In this document: in pieces, positions 11,601-23,078 of the stretch
Layout of the letters: every line of letters begins with the position of its first letter
Numbering within the stretch: the stretch's first letter is position 1
Source of the DNA: Thraustochytrium aureum
Lineage: Eukaryota
Reading direction: 5' to 3'
NCBI GenBank assembly: GCA_012862495.1
Contig: BLSG01000097.1
Coordinates: 181,710-214,425, forward strand
DNA: 32,716 nt
The notes under the pieces: generated by a model
What the model saw: only the letters and a program-made list of their open reading frames with translations
Databases searched by the model: none
What the model was told of the DNA's origin: nothing
Made by a program: the position numbers and the translations under genes

Positions 11601-14600
11601 GAGGGCGAACTTGCGGAAGCCGATTCTGGCGTGCTTGACTTCGACACGCTCCGCGTATTCGAGCAGCGGGAGCGGACCCTCAAGCTCCGCAACAACGGCA
11701 ACTACCCCGTGCGGTTCAGCTTCAACATCCGGCGCCGCGCTACGAGACAGCTGCTTCGTGTTGAACCGAGCGAGGGCGACCTTGCGCCGGACCAGGAGGC
11801 AACCTTCTCGTTTACATTCACCTCAGACCACGAGGTGCGTCTCAAAAACAACAAGGACATTCAGTGCGTGGTGCTCGAGCCGCAGACGGGCAAGATTGAG
11901 GAGACCTTTGAAGTTCCAGTCTCGGCGTGCAGCGTGTTCTCCTCGTTTCGGCTGCAGCCGTCCAAGGGGATCCACTTTGGAGCGGTCAAGTTTGGGTCGG
12001 CGCCGGAGAAGACTTTTGAAATCAAAAACTCGGGCGAGTTCCCGCTTTCGTTTGAGCTCGTCACAGCGAGCGAGCTCGAAGCGCGCCAGGAGGCCCTGGC
12101 CGAGGAGAAGAACGCTTTTCTTGAGAAGCGCAGGAGCGAGAGGGCTGCTTTGGCTGCACAAGCCGAAGCCAACGCGGGGTCTCCTTCGGCCAAGGCGACG
12201 TCGGACGGCGCAGATCTGGACAGCGACCTCGCTGATTTTCGCTCTCTGGCGTTGCAGCGCCAGACAGGGCCTGCTGAGGGCATCCAGACTGGTACGGTCG
12301 TGATCGGCGCGTTTGAGGTTTTTGCCGCGCGCTGGCGTCGTCGGCCCNNNNNNNNNNNNNNNNNNNNNNNNNNNNNNNNNNNNNNNNNNNNNNNNNNNNN
12401 NNNNNNNNNNNNNNNNNNNNNNNNNNNNNNNNNNNNNNNNNNNNNNNNNNNNNNNNNNNNNNNNNNNNNNNNNNNNNNNNNNNNNNNNNNNNNNNNNNNN
12501 NNNNNNNNNNNNNNNNNNNNNNNNNNNNNNNGGGGATGCGCTTCTGAGTGGAATCCCTTTCGAGCTTGCTGGGGAGTCGCACGTGCCGGGAATCAACACG
12601 AGCAACTTTGAGTCGATCTTCGAGGAGCAGGCCGTCGTGCGCAGTTTGAGCGCAGACGCGAACGAACTGGGCGTGTTTTCTTCAGAAGATCGCACCTTCT
12701 CGTTCGGTGCGGTTGTCCACACCGCTGCTCCTCCGAACGGGATCTGCGAGCGTTTCAAGATCTCCAACCCAAACAAAATCAAGGCCACCGTCAACCTGAG
12801 CGTCGTGGCTCGCAACGAAGCCAGCGAGGGCGTGTTCTCGGTGTTGCGTCCCACGCTCGAGCTTCAGTCCCACATGTACGAATTTGTGAGCGTCTATTTC
12901 AAGCCCAGCGCAATGCGCAAGTACTCTGCCAAGTTTCGCGCCACGGTGCAGGATGGCGAGGGCAAGCCGGAAACCAGCATGCTCGAGTTTGATCTGCATG
13001 GCGAAGGTACGCTGCCATGCTTGACAATCGTCGAGCCGTCGGCTCTGTCTGACAGCGCTCACTTTATTGTTGAGCACGGGCGCACGCAGCTCGGCAAGTC
13101 AAAGTCGCGCCAGATCACCATCCGCAACGACGGGATCGTCCCTGCCACGGTGCGGTTCGACATGGACGTTCACGAGGCGTTTTCTTGTCCACTCCGGCAC
13201 ACCTCGGTCACGCTTGCAGCAAAAGAGACAAGGACGGCAGCGGTTCATTTCGCCCCGCAGACGGATGGCGAGTTTGAGAGCGAGCTGCTGCTGCGCGTGC
13301 TCCATAATGAGTTTGAGCTCTCCCGGTTCAAGCTGCGTGGCGAGGGGTACCAAGAGGACCTCACGTTCGAGGACCTTCCAGAGGACGTGGAGTCGGGGCT
13401 TGTTTTTGGAGACCTTGCTCTGCGGCCGCGACGCGCGGAGGAGGACGACGCGGAACCGAAGGAGGCCCTGGAGCCGGCTGAGAATCCCCATGCTGATTTG
13501 TTTGCAGAGCGAACGGTTCGCTTCTCTGTGCGCAGCAACAGCGCAGTGCCGCTTCGGTTCCAGTGGAGCCTTGGCACCGTGCCAGGCGTGAGCTTTTCCC
13601 CGATGGCAGCACACGTGCAGCCATTCGGCGCGATCGACGTGGAGGCTACGTTTCAGGCCACAGAGCCTGTTTCGCTGAGCGGCGCGGTCGTCAAGGCCTC
13701 AGTGAATCGGATCAAGTACCTTGAGGAGGCCTTTGCAGCAGCCAAGGGTGGCTCTATCGAGTGGACCGATCGTATGACTTTATTGAGCCCAGCAGCGTCA
13801 GAGGCCGACGCGGAACGCGAAGTTGCTGGGGAAGTATCGCCTCGCGTTGTTCCTGCGCCAGAGCCGGCGCACGAGATCGTGGAGGGCGGCGCAAGCGAGC
13901 TCTCTTTGTGGTGCCACGGCGAGGCAGATACTATCCGCTATAAGGTCGGCGAGGAGGTAAGCCAAGACGTGCAGTTCCGGCCAACGATGATGTTTCCAGA
14001 GCCGAGCGTTCAAGTATCCCGTGCGCAACGCCGGCAGGACTTCGATGCGAATCGGGTGGCAAGTGCGGCCCCTCGGGCAGAGCGTCGGAAACTCCCACTG
14101 CCCGTTCTTCGTGACGCCCGCAAACGCGGTTGTGGCTCCAGAGAGCGAGCAAGTGTTTACCATTCGCTTCGCGCCCCAAGAGGTGGAGGTTTTCGAGTAC
14201 GAGGCGACGGCGGTCGTCGACGACCTCGACGCCCGACTCGATCCGCTGCGCGTGGTTCTTCGCGGCGTGGCTAAGCGGCCAGTGTGCCACTTTGAGATGG
14301 AGTCGTCAAACTACCTTGAGCGGCGCAAGACGCCACTGCCCGCTGAGCTTGCGGGGGAGAACGCGAGCATCAAAGTTCTCGAGTTTGAGTCGCTCGGTGT
14401 TCGGGTGAAGAATACGAAACGGTTTTACGTCGTGAACCCGACCAATCTGGCGTACGAGTTCGAGCTGGCGCCCGTTGGCGAAGGCAACATGCGGTTCAAG
14501 TGCGCGACGACGCGGGGAGTCATCCTCCCCGGAAAGCGCGCCGAGCTGGTTTTCGCTTTCACGGCGGACGGCGTGGACACGCAGGAGGCGCTGTGGCAGT

Positions 14601-17600
14601 TCACGATAGGGGAGCAGAACGTTTCGCAGACGCTGCTCCTTGTTGGATCAGTGTTGGAGCCGCGGGTCGAGCTGGAGAAAAAGCACATCAACTTTCACTC
14701 GGTGCTTGTCGGGGGACAGTCGGACGAAGTTGTCCACCTGGTCAACCACGAGGCGATTCCGTTCTCCTTTTCTCTGGATCCCTCGTCATTCGTCGACCTG
14801 GAGAACGACGTGGGCGGGGATGCCGTGGAAGCCCGGAAAAAGGTGCTACGCGTGGAGCCAATGTCGGGCACAGTGGGAGCGAACTCCTCGCTTCCGTTGA
14901 CCGTGCGCTTTGCGCCAGCGGCGGAGAAAGCGCACAACTTCAACCTAGGTTGTGTCGTTCATCGCAAGCCGAATCGACTGTCTCTCAACGTTAAGGGTGA
15001 AGGGAGCGCAATCCACGAGCGGGTCGAGCTCGAAATGGCCGGAGCGGACGGGCAGGCGCAGCCGATGGTGCTTGCCCCCGGCGAGAAGAACACCAACCTT
15101 GTCGACTTTGGCGAAGTGCACGTCAACGACAAGCTCGAGCGCGTGATCAAGGTGCACAACGGCGGCAAGTTTCACTTTGACTTTCAGGTGGCACCTCCTC
15201 AGAACGCCGACTATGACCCGGCGCTGCTGTCGCTGTCTACCATGCGCGGCACGGTCCCGCCGGGGGAGAGCATTTCGATTGTCGTGTCCTTTAGCCCTCG
15301 GCGCGAGGTGGTGCTCGAGAATCTCCGCTTTGTCTTCACCGTGGCCGGCTCGCGAAAGTACATTGTCGTCGTGCGCGGGCGAGGCAACAAGCCGAGCGTC
15401 ACGTTTAGCACGATGAAGCTCGATATGGGGCCGTGCTTTGTGGCAGAGCGGGCGAGTGCGCCGCGCGCGGTGGAGGCGACGCTGCTGATTTCGAACAACG
15501 AGGCAGAAAACCCGGTCGCAATCGAGTGCCTCTTCGAGCGGACCCCCTACCTGGACGTTGTTTGCGAGCCGCGGGTGCTGCAGTCTGGCGAAGCGATGCA
15601 GGTCCCGATCAAATTCACGCCGCGCGCCGTGGAGGTCTACTCGGCCTCGATCCCGTTTGAGGTGAACGGGCTCTACGTCGTGAACGTGCTGTTCTCTGGC
15701 GAAGGGACGCAGTGCAGGGTCGAGCTGGAGGACCCGGAGCGCCAAGCCGTGCACCTTGGCGCGCTGCGGCCCGGCCAGCGAGTGACCAAGTCGTTTTCCA
15801 TCATTAACAGGTCGAAGCGCGCTGCGGGTTTTAGCCTTTTGGGAGGAGGCAGCGGTCAGCTCGAGCAGCGCGGCGTTCAGGTGACGCCTCCGTTGGGCAC
15901 GAACGTGAACCTGCGGCCGCGCGAGACGTGCCAGGTCACGGTTGCTTTTGCTCCCGAAGCGCGCCTCTCCCCGTTTTCCGAGGAATTGCGCGTCGAGGTG
16001 AACGGCGCAGAGCGGCGGCTGGCGACGCTTTCGGGTTGTTGCCAGGCGGAGGACGTCAAGATCGAGCTGAGCACAGCTTCCTTTGGCGCTGTCGTCGAGT
16101 CGTGCAGTTTGACGAAAAAGGTCCAAATCGAGAACAATGGCGACCTCGCCGCGAGGTTTCGTTTTGAGCGCCTGGACCGGAGCCAGAGCTTTAGCGTGTT
16201 CCCGATGGAAGGCGTTCTCCCTGCGCACTCGCAACTGATGGTCGACGCGACGTTTCATCCCCAAGCTGTTGCCGAGGAACTCCGCGCCGAGCTGCGCCTC
16301 GTTGCAGAGGGCACTGAGCAAGTCATCTTGCCACTGTCTCTGGTGGGCACCTGCGTCCCGCAGCCGGAGAGCGGGGTGCGCGAGCTCAAGTTTGAAACCA
16401 AGGTGCGCCAAACCGTCGTCCAAAGCATCGAGGTGAGCAACCCGTCCAGGAGTGCTTGGGTCCTCCGGCCGACGATCAGCAATGCCCAGTTTTCTGGCGC
16501 GGAGCGCCTTGAGATCGCGAGCGGCGCTTCGGGCAAGTACGAGGTTTCATTCTGCCCCCAGACGATGACACGCGAGGGCGCAGAGCCGCACCGCGGATCG
16601 GTCTTTTTCGCGCTTCCAGATGGGAGCGCGTTGCTGTACCGCCTTGTGGGCACGGCACTGGCCCCAGACGCCGAGGGTGTGGTGGAGGTGGAGACGCGGG
16701 CCAAAGCGCACTGCGTGACGCCTCTTCGGCTGCGCAACTGGGCCCGGGCCGCCCAGCGGTTTGCGGTGACGATCGAGCGGGTAGAGGGCGGCGAGTCGCA
16801 CCTGTACTCGGGACCGGTGTCAGTGGACGTCCCGAAGAGCTCGGAGCGCGACTACAAGCTTAGCCTCACCGGCTACGTGGCGGGCGCCTCCAAGGCCAAG
16901 GTGACCTTTACGAACGAGTCCACGGGCGAGTACATGTTTTACATGGTGCACGCGAAGGTGGGCGAGGCAGCGGTGCAGGGCCGCATCAGGCTCGAGACAA
17001 CCGTGCGCCAGAGTACGACCGCGGTGATCAACCTGGAAAATCCGTTCTTTGAATCCGAGTCGATCCGTCCCAGCTTTGGGAGCGCCACCTCGGACAGCTG
17101 GTGGCGCTCGGACTGCCCGTTTGTCCGCGTGAAAGCGCTGAACGAGTTCGCGGCCAACCGCGAGGGAGCGTTCGAGGTCGAGTACAGGCCGCTCGTGCCA
17201 GTGTCGGAGGGCGAGGTTGGCGCCGAGGCGTCCCTGACGCTGGTGAGCCCTCAACTAGGTGAGTACAAATTCGAGCTCGAGCTCCGCGCTGCCGAAGCCC
17301 AGACGGAGCGCTCCCTTCAGTTCAGTGCCGCGTTGGGCGGTTCGCACGAACAGGCGTTCCGCTTCACCAACTTTTGTGCCAAGCCGACAGATTTTTCGTG
17401 CAAAGTAGGCCAGCCCCTGTTTTTCCAGGTCCCGGCAGCGGTGAAAGCGCCCGCGGCAGAAGGCTGGCTGGGCTCGGAGGTGGCCGTGTCCATTCGGTTC
17501 GAGCCGCAGGCCCTGGGCGCTGTCCGCGACACGCTGACGCTCGTTTCGGCGGACGGCGGCGAGTTTGCTTGTACCTTGTATGGTCGCTGCGAGCCGCCTC

Positions 17601-17885
17601 GGCCGCAGGGCCCTTTCGAGATCATCGACGAGGCGAAGGGCGTTTCCATCGAATTCAAGAACGTCTTTGCAGAGGCGAAGGAGTTTAAGTTTATCGTGGA
17701 CACGGACGCCTTTTCTGTGAACGGCGCGCGTTCGCAGACGCTCAAGATCGACGCTGCGAAGGCGGTTTCCGTCGTTGTCAAGTCGACGGGGTCCGGCGGG
17801 CGCGACGGGCAAGCTGCTGGTCTCGTGCATTGGTCTGGCCGACTTGCCGCCCTGGACCTTTTACCTTCGCTCGCGCACCAAGTGA
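2640..17885 (+). CDS. HYDIN: Hydin, axonemal central-pair protein (roughly 5,000 codons including gaps), reconstructed across 3 gaps and 6 single-base frameshifts
   Basis: The N-terminus matches the Hydin signature (TPSMVVEEMSL...PEIIEFLD...EPLFQPFP...LYFRNNDSVPR...IAPG...KRDYHEKLVCVTDREKFLV...DFPDEVGFGTCPV). Many tandem ASH/Ig-like repeats follow (DFG...T/R-x-F-x-L-x-N...F-x-V-x-P-x-x-G-x-L-x-P-G), with a central adenylate-kinase-like segment. The corrected C-terminus ATGKLLVSCIGLADLPPWTFYLRSRTK* (TGA 17883-17885) resembles the Hydin 'KLxVSC...WxYYLKG' end. ORF pieces: 1911-4916, 4913-9526, 9351-9761, 9484-10911, 10548-12611, 12313-14274, 14021-17992. Frame changes occur near 9420, 9575, 10810, 12320, 13995 and 17798. 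The start ATG at 2640 is inferred. Confidence 0.95.
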
Positions 17886-19012
17886 TCGTCCACAACCACA
17901 TGATTGGCAAAACAACAACCCGAGCTAGCCGGCCGCGACCACGAACCCACCAGCGCGAAAAGAAAACAGAAAAACAGAAAAAACCTACGTAGCCTACTGG
18001 TGAGTATCTTCCCGCGCAACCGAACGGCTCTCCTTTAAGGCGGAGGGTGGCCAATAAGGTCGAGTACATAGAAGACCCGGGCCAAATCCGCGTCCTCTGA
18101 ACTGATGAGATCACTGATGATCCGTGTCCTTCATGAGCAAACGACTGGTCCACCCCCCTAACACACGCGCGCACCTCGCGCACCTCCGCCCGCAGTCTCC
18201 CGCCCCGCGCACGTTAGCCCCAGCCAGACCCGGCTCTGCCCTCCGTGCCGAACGGGACAAACGCAGTCCCTCAAGAGTCGCTGCGCCTGTGAGGCGGCCC
18301 CACGCATCGCGCGGGACGCGGCCGCCTCCACTGGGGCCGCGCCGGCGGTTGTGAGGGCGCCGCGGCGAATCTCAAGATTCTCACCGGCGGCGCAGCGGAC
18401 GTTGTGAGGGCCTGGCAGCCGCGAGAGGAGAGCAGGGAGGGCCTTGGGACTCCCGTTGGGAGAGCAGGCGAGGAGGACGGCGGTTCGATTCATCGATTGA
18501 ATGCTCAATCGGTTGATAATCGGCGATTGGGCCTTCCTTCCTTCCTTCACTCATTCACTCATTGTCATTCATGATTGATCGATCGGGGATCGCGGCCTTC
18601 TTGGTCTGTTTCTCTGGTCAGAGNNNNNNNNNNNNNNNNNNNNNNNNNNNNNNNNNNNNNNNNNNNNNNNNNNNNNNNNNNNNNNNNNNNNNNNNNNNNN
18701 NNNNNNNNNNNNNNNNNNNNNNNNNNNNNNNNNNNNNNNNNNNNNNNNNNNNNNNNNNNNNNNNNNNNNNNNNNNNNNNNNNNNNNNNNNNNNNNNNNNN
18801 NNNNNNNNNNNNNNNNNNNNNNNNNNNNNNNNNNNNNNNNNNNNNNNNNNNNNNNNNNNNNNNNNNNNNNNNNNNNNNNNNNNNNNNNNNNNNNNNNNNN
18901 NNNNNNNNGGCAGGCAGAGCCCGAAGCGCGGCCGTTGGACGGGAGCGGGGAGCTGCAGGTGCAGGAGGAGCGAGGGAAGGAGCACAAGGCGGCGTCGCGC
19001 TGCGCGGCGGAG

Positions 19013-20627
19013 ATGGCGGCCAAGAAGGTCAAGATCGGCAAGGCGTGGTCCACCACGCCGGGGGAATGGGAGCAGGCGCACCACTACTACCCGCGCGCGC
19101 TGAACGCGCAGCTCCATCCGCTGGTGACGTCGTTCCTGGGGCTGGACAACCTACGCATGGCGACCAGGTACTGCCATCTTCACCCGGAGACGGACAAGGC
19201 CAAGCTGCTTGAAGTTCTGGAGTACGTTCCGCGCGACTTCCGATGGGCTGGCGCCGACCTGTTTTGCGTCACCAACGAGATGGCGCAGCGACAGATGATC
19301 TGCATCGAGACCAACAGCTGCCCCTCTGGCCAAAAGTCGATGCCGTGCTCGGGCAACGAAAACGAATCGAGCAAGTTGTCCAACTACTACCAGATGGTGT
19401 CGGAGACCTTTGGCCCGTTGCTCAAGGAGAAGGAAGACACGCTCCCCGTCGGCGTCTTCGCGACGATATTTGACAAAAACCCCATGGAGGCCACCGGGTA
19501 CGCGCAGTGCATGGCCGACTACTTGAAGCGCAAGGTTTTCCTCGTGGAGTTCTTCCGCACCGACCCGAGCCCCCCGGCGCGCTGGACCAAGGACGGCGTG
19601 CTCGAGATCCGCATCAGTAAAGCAGAGGCGGAGGAGGAGCTCGGCGCAGGCAGCCCCCTCATCAGACCCGTCGTCGACGACGACACCATGTCGTGGGTGC
19701 CGGTGCGAGCCGCGTTCCGGTACGTCACGATTGCCCCCTGGACGCGCATCCCGGTCGTGACCAAGACGCTCGTTCTCAACCCGATCATCTCGTGCCTCTC
19801 CGGCGGGCGCAACAAGCTGGTCGCCTCCAAGGCGTACGACTTCAAGAACGCGGAACTGGCCCAGTACGGGCTCAAGGTGCGCTCGCCCGAGACCATCACG
19901 GACGTCTCGCTCTCGGAGATCCCGCTCTACCTCAAGGCGATGGGGTACATCGCGGTCATCAAGGTCCCGTACAGCAACGCTGGGCAAGGCGTGTTCACGG
20001 TCACCTCCAAGACAGAGCTGGACGAGTTTATGGAGTGGGCCAAGGACAACCCCTACGACCAGTTTATCGTGCAGGCCCTCGTGGGCAACTCGACCTGGAG
20101 CAGCGCCTCCAAGGACGGGACCTTCTACCACGTGGGCACGATCCCGAACGCCAAGAACAATACCTACGTGGCCGACTTGCGCATGATGATCTGCGCCACG
20201 GCGGAGGGGTACCGACCGCTCGCCATCTATGCGCGTCGCGCTCGCGACCCGCTCACCGAGAAGCTCACCAACGTCAAGGACTCGTGGGGCATTCTCGGGA
20301 CCAATTTTGTCCGTGCTCAAGGAGGACGGCTCGTGGGACTCGGACACGAGCCGCCTTATGCTCGTCGACAAGAAGGACTTTAACCGCCTCGGGCTCTCGC
20401 TGGACGACCTCATCGACGGCTTCATTCAGACCGTGCTTGCAAGCACGGCCATCGACCAAATGTGCAAGCGGCTTCTGCGGAACGGGCTCTTCGACTCGGA
20501 GCTGTTTGGCTCGCTCAACAAGGACCCTTCGCTCCTCGAGGAGGTCCTCATTCTGGAGGGCACGGAGAAGCCTTCAGAGGCCAAGCCGCACTTTGTCCAC
20601 TTGCCGCCCGCGCCTGTCTGCGACTGA
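19013..20627 (+). CDS. Uncharacterised circularly permuted ATP-grasp amide/peptide ligase (~535 aa after correcting one frameshift near 20305)
   Basis: Motif order: AGADLF...CIETNSCPSG (D...ExN metal-binding strand, near the N-terminus), then VIKVPYSNAGQGV (Lys plus Gly-rich ATP loop), FIVQALV, ADLRMMI, YARRA and GTNLS. This is the order seen in circularly permuted ATP-grasps. An extra T in aattttg shifts into ORF 20229-20627 (LSVLKEDGSWDSDTSRLMLVDKKDFNRLGLSLDDLIDGFIQTVLA...). The frame is open back to the gap at 18908, so the start could lie further upstream. Confidence 0.75.
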
Positions 20628-21308
20628 ACAGCCGCCCGCCCAGCTTTTCGGACAGCCACTCCTCGCTCACTTTCTCTACTAGCCAGAGGGGACGATGGAG
20701 GAGAGTTGACGCAAGGAGGACGCCAGCCACGAATGTAGGATCAGACCCAATACACGAACGACTTTGCTCGCTTGCTCTTGCCGTGTTGCAGCGCCTTGTG
20801 CTCGAGTACTGTACCCTACAGCACAGGCCGACCGGATCGCGCCATTCGCGTCCAAGTCTCGCACGCCCGAGCTCGTCAACGGGAGAAGCTGGCACCACGC
20901 AGCCGCACGGCGGTTGTTTGTACTCCAACAAGAACTCGTATCCAGAGTTCACGCGGAGGCCTACAAGGCCACGGGCTTCAGTTCTTGCAGAGTCCATCTG
21001 TCCTCGAGGTCGCCCGCGCGCCCTGTTTCGAAGACGCAACGCACCTGCTCCGACACGGAGCTGACGCGGAGAGCAGTCCCCTCCGAGACAGTCGCCAAGA
21101 GAACAGGGTAGACACGGATTGGAAGTGGCACTCACTGCGCAGACCGCAGCAAGGCCAGCCCCCCCTCCCGGGTTTCGCCGTCCGAGGAACGTGGCCCAGC
21201 TCGACTCTCCGCTTGACGCAAGTTCGGGCGAGGCGTGGCGATTAGGCGGGAGCTCGCACGGCACGATCCCGAGTCGCTGCAGTTGTTGCCCAAGCCTGCA
21301 AAGACAAA

Positions 21309-22216
21309 ATGCCGTCGCTGCTCCTGCAGCTGCTCGGCGGGGTCGAGCACTGGCGTGGACTGAGCGCTGCGGCTTTTGCGCTCAACTTTGGAGTGACGGG
21401 GCTTGTGGGCAGCCCCTCGACTGCCGCGCGCAAACTCGGGTTTGAGGACAACAAGACGGTCTCCGATGCATATCCGCTGCTCGTTACGCCTGCGGGGTAC
21501 GCGTTCGCGATTTGGGGGCCCATCTTCGGCCTGCAGACGGCGTTCACGGTCTGGCAGGTGCTTGGCAACGCTGCCGAGACAGCAGCGGCGCCGCTGCACG
21601 ACGCGGCGCCGTTCTGGCAGACAGCGTGCGCTCTGCAAGCCACCTGGGCGCTCGCTTTCGGCAAACGGCGGACAGGAATGGCGGCCTGTCTGCTGAGCGG
21701 CATCGCCTTCTCACTGAGCCAGGTCCACAGCTGCGTCAACCCGGCTGCCTTGAGCGCGCCTCTGATTACCAAGCTGCCATTCTCGATGCACTTTGCGTGG
21801 GCTTGCATTGCCGCTCTNNNNNNNNNNNNNNNNNNNNNNNNNNNNNNNNNNNNNNNNNNNNNNNNNNNNNNNNNNNNNNNNNNNNNNNNNNNNNNNNNNN
21901 NNNNNNNNNNNNNNNNNNNNNNNNNNNNNNNNNNNNNNNNNNNNNNNNNNNNNNNNNNNNNNNNNNNNNNNNNGGAGCGCGCTGCTTGGGCCACGATCTT
22001 TACTGCGTTTGGATTTGGCGTCGTCGGTTCCCTCAAGCTCGGCGACCCTGTGATCGCGGCGGTCGCCGCTTGGGCGCTAGTTGCAGTGGCGGCCAAGGCC
22101 GGGACGCCAAGGCGCTCGAGCAACCGCAGCACGTGGTTGACGGCATTCGCAGAGCGTCGCGCTGGCTGGGCCTCGCTGCGCTCGCCGTGGCTGGCGTCGT
22201 CGCTGTGCGTGGCTGA
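21309..22216 (+). CDS. Multi-pass membrane protein of the TspO-like / tryptophan-rich sensory protein group; internal gap and frameshift near 22101
   Basis: Carries the motif NKTVSDAYPLLVTPAGYAFAIWGPIF, then ALQATWALAF and KLPFSMHFAW, with several hydrophobic helices. After a one-base shift at gccgggac the frame reads DAKALEQPQHVVDGIRRASRWLGLAALAVAGVVAVRG* (TGA 22214-22216). Confidence 0.75.
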
Positions 22217-22266
22217 GTCAAGTCAACCCGGTGCGCCGCGGCGACGCACTGGTCCTGCTCGCGCTC

Positions 22267-22402
22267 GCATCGCGCGCCCACCAACGCATCGTGCGCCAAC
22301 CGACGGACGCATCGCGCGCCCACCGACGGACGCATCGCGCGCCCACCGACGGACGCATCGCGCGCCCACCGACGGACGCATCGCGCGCCCACCAACGCAT
22401 CG
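22267..22402. repeat. GC-rich minisatellite, unit GCATCGCGCGCCCACCGACGGAC (23 bp)
   Basis: Four adjacent 23-bp units at 22286-22377 (the first has 2 substitutions), flanked by 19-bp variants GCATCGCGCGCCCACCAAC at 22267-22285 and 22378-22396. There are no spacers. Confidence 0.95.
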
Positions 22403-22620
22403 GCCGATTTCTTCTTCTAAAGCTAATTGAAATGCTTAGGATCGTTCGATGCCGTTTCCTCGGCCACTGAATAGCCTTGGGCTGCGCGTTCTGGGATAGT
22501 CGGTCCTCTCTGGGCCAGATGCCCTTGCCCAGCGCCCCTCCTCCCATGCGAGAGCGGCGCGCAATTGCGCGGGAGCGCTGGCGCCAAAGGCCCTGCGCAA
22601 CTACCAGCGCGGCAGGCTGT

Positions 22621-23078
22621 CTACGTGTGGCCGTCGTCGGCGCGCTCCGGGAACGAGTCCTCCACAAGCCCCAAGTGCACGATGCGGTCACCAGTGGAGC
22701 AGATAGGGTTCGACGACTTGCCCACCACGATGCCGTCCCGCGGCGACCTGTACGTGTGGATGATGTTGCCAAACAGGTCCTGCACATGAGCGATGACCTC
22801 GTCGTGCTGCACCCACTGGTTGACGTCGGGCTTGACGCGAAGGACACCACCGTGTTGCGAGTAGAGCCAGAAGGAGCGCGAGCAGACCGTGGTCTTCTCC
22901 AGCGGCGGCGACACGAGAGAGTCCCGGCGCTGCATGGGCGCGTTCGAGCTCTTGATGGGCGAGCCAGGGCGGCCGGGGTTGTCATCGTCATCGAACGACT
23001 GCATGTTGAGCCAGTTGAGGACGTTTTCCACGCCAACGAGCGTCCGGAGCACGAAAGCGCTGTGGAATTGGAGCGGAT
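22621..23078 (-). CDS. Last exon of a succinylglutamate desuccinylase/aspartoacylase (AstE/AspA, M14-like) family protein; catalytic N-terminal part lost in gap 23143-23789
   Basis: Reads (x)PLQFHSAFVLRTLVGVENVLNWLNM...CSRSFWLYSQHGGVLRVKPDVNQWVQHDEVIAHVQDLFGNIIHTYRSPRDGIVVGKSSNPICSTGDRIVHLG. This is the typical end of the AstE/AspA domain (G..NVL..L.M) plus the C-terminal barrel-sandwich hybrid (W.....GG...D.FG......P.DGIV.G....P....GD...H.G). Stop TAG at 22623-22621. The zinc-binding motif is not visible. Confidence 0.8.

Noticed and set aside
14945..16423. Long antisense ORFs opposite HYDIN, the ATP-grasp gene and E1 (e.g. 14945-16423, 19151-20425, 26095-27045)
   Set aside because: These are shadow ORFs expected from GC3-rich codon usage on the sense strand, with no protein motifs.
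2640..17885. HYDIN as a pseudogene or a programmed-frameshift gene
   Set aside because: All shifts sit at short homopolymers with no shared slippery or stop-codon motif, the corrected frames have no nonsense codons, and the same error type affects unrelated genes such as E1.
17800..17992. ORF-track C-terminus of Hydin (…RDGQAAGLVHW…KQKKPT)
   Set aside because: This is out-of-frame read-through. The +1 frame gives the conserved Hydin ending and stops at 17885.
18097..18150. CTGATGA plus hairpin as a hammerhead ribozyme or C/D snoRNA
   Set aside because: No GAAA follows the candidate stem II, no convincing stems I/III form, and no downstream D box (CTGA) lies at a suitable distance.
20630..21300. 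Overlapping ORFs on both strands (20462-21064, 20548-21264, 20764-21111, 20772-21245)
   Set aside because: No recognisable motifs, and the Arg/Ser/Pro-rich composition is typical of chance ORFs in GC-rich DNA. A decayed gene cannot be excluded.
22267..22402. 23-bp repeats as a CRISPR array
   Set aside because: The units are directly adjacent with no unique spacers, there are no cas genes, and the context is eukaryotic.
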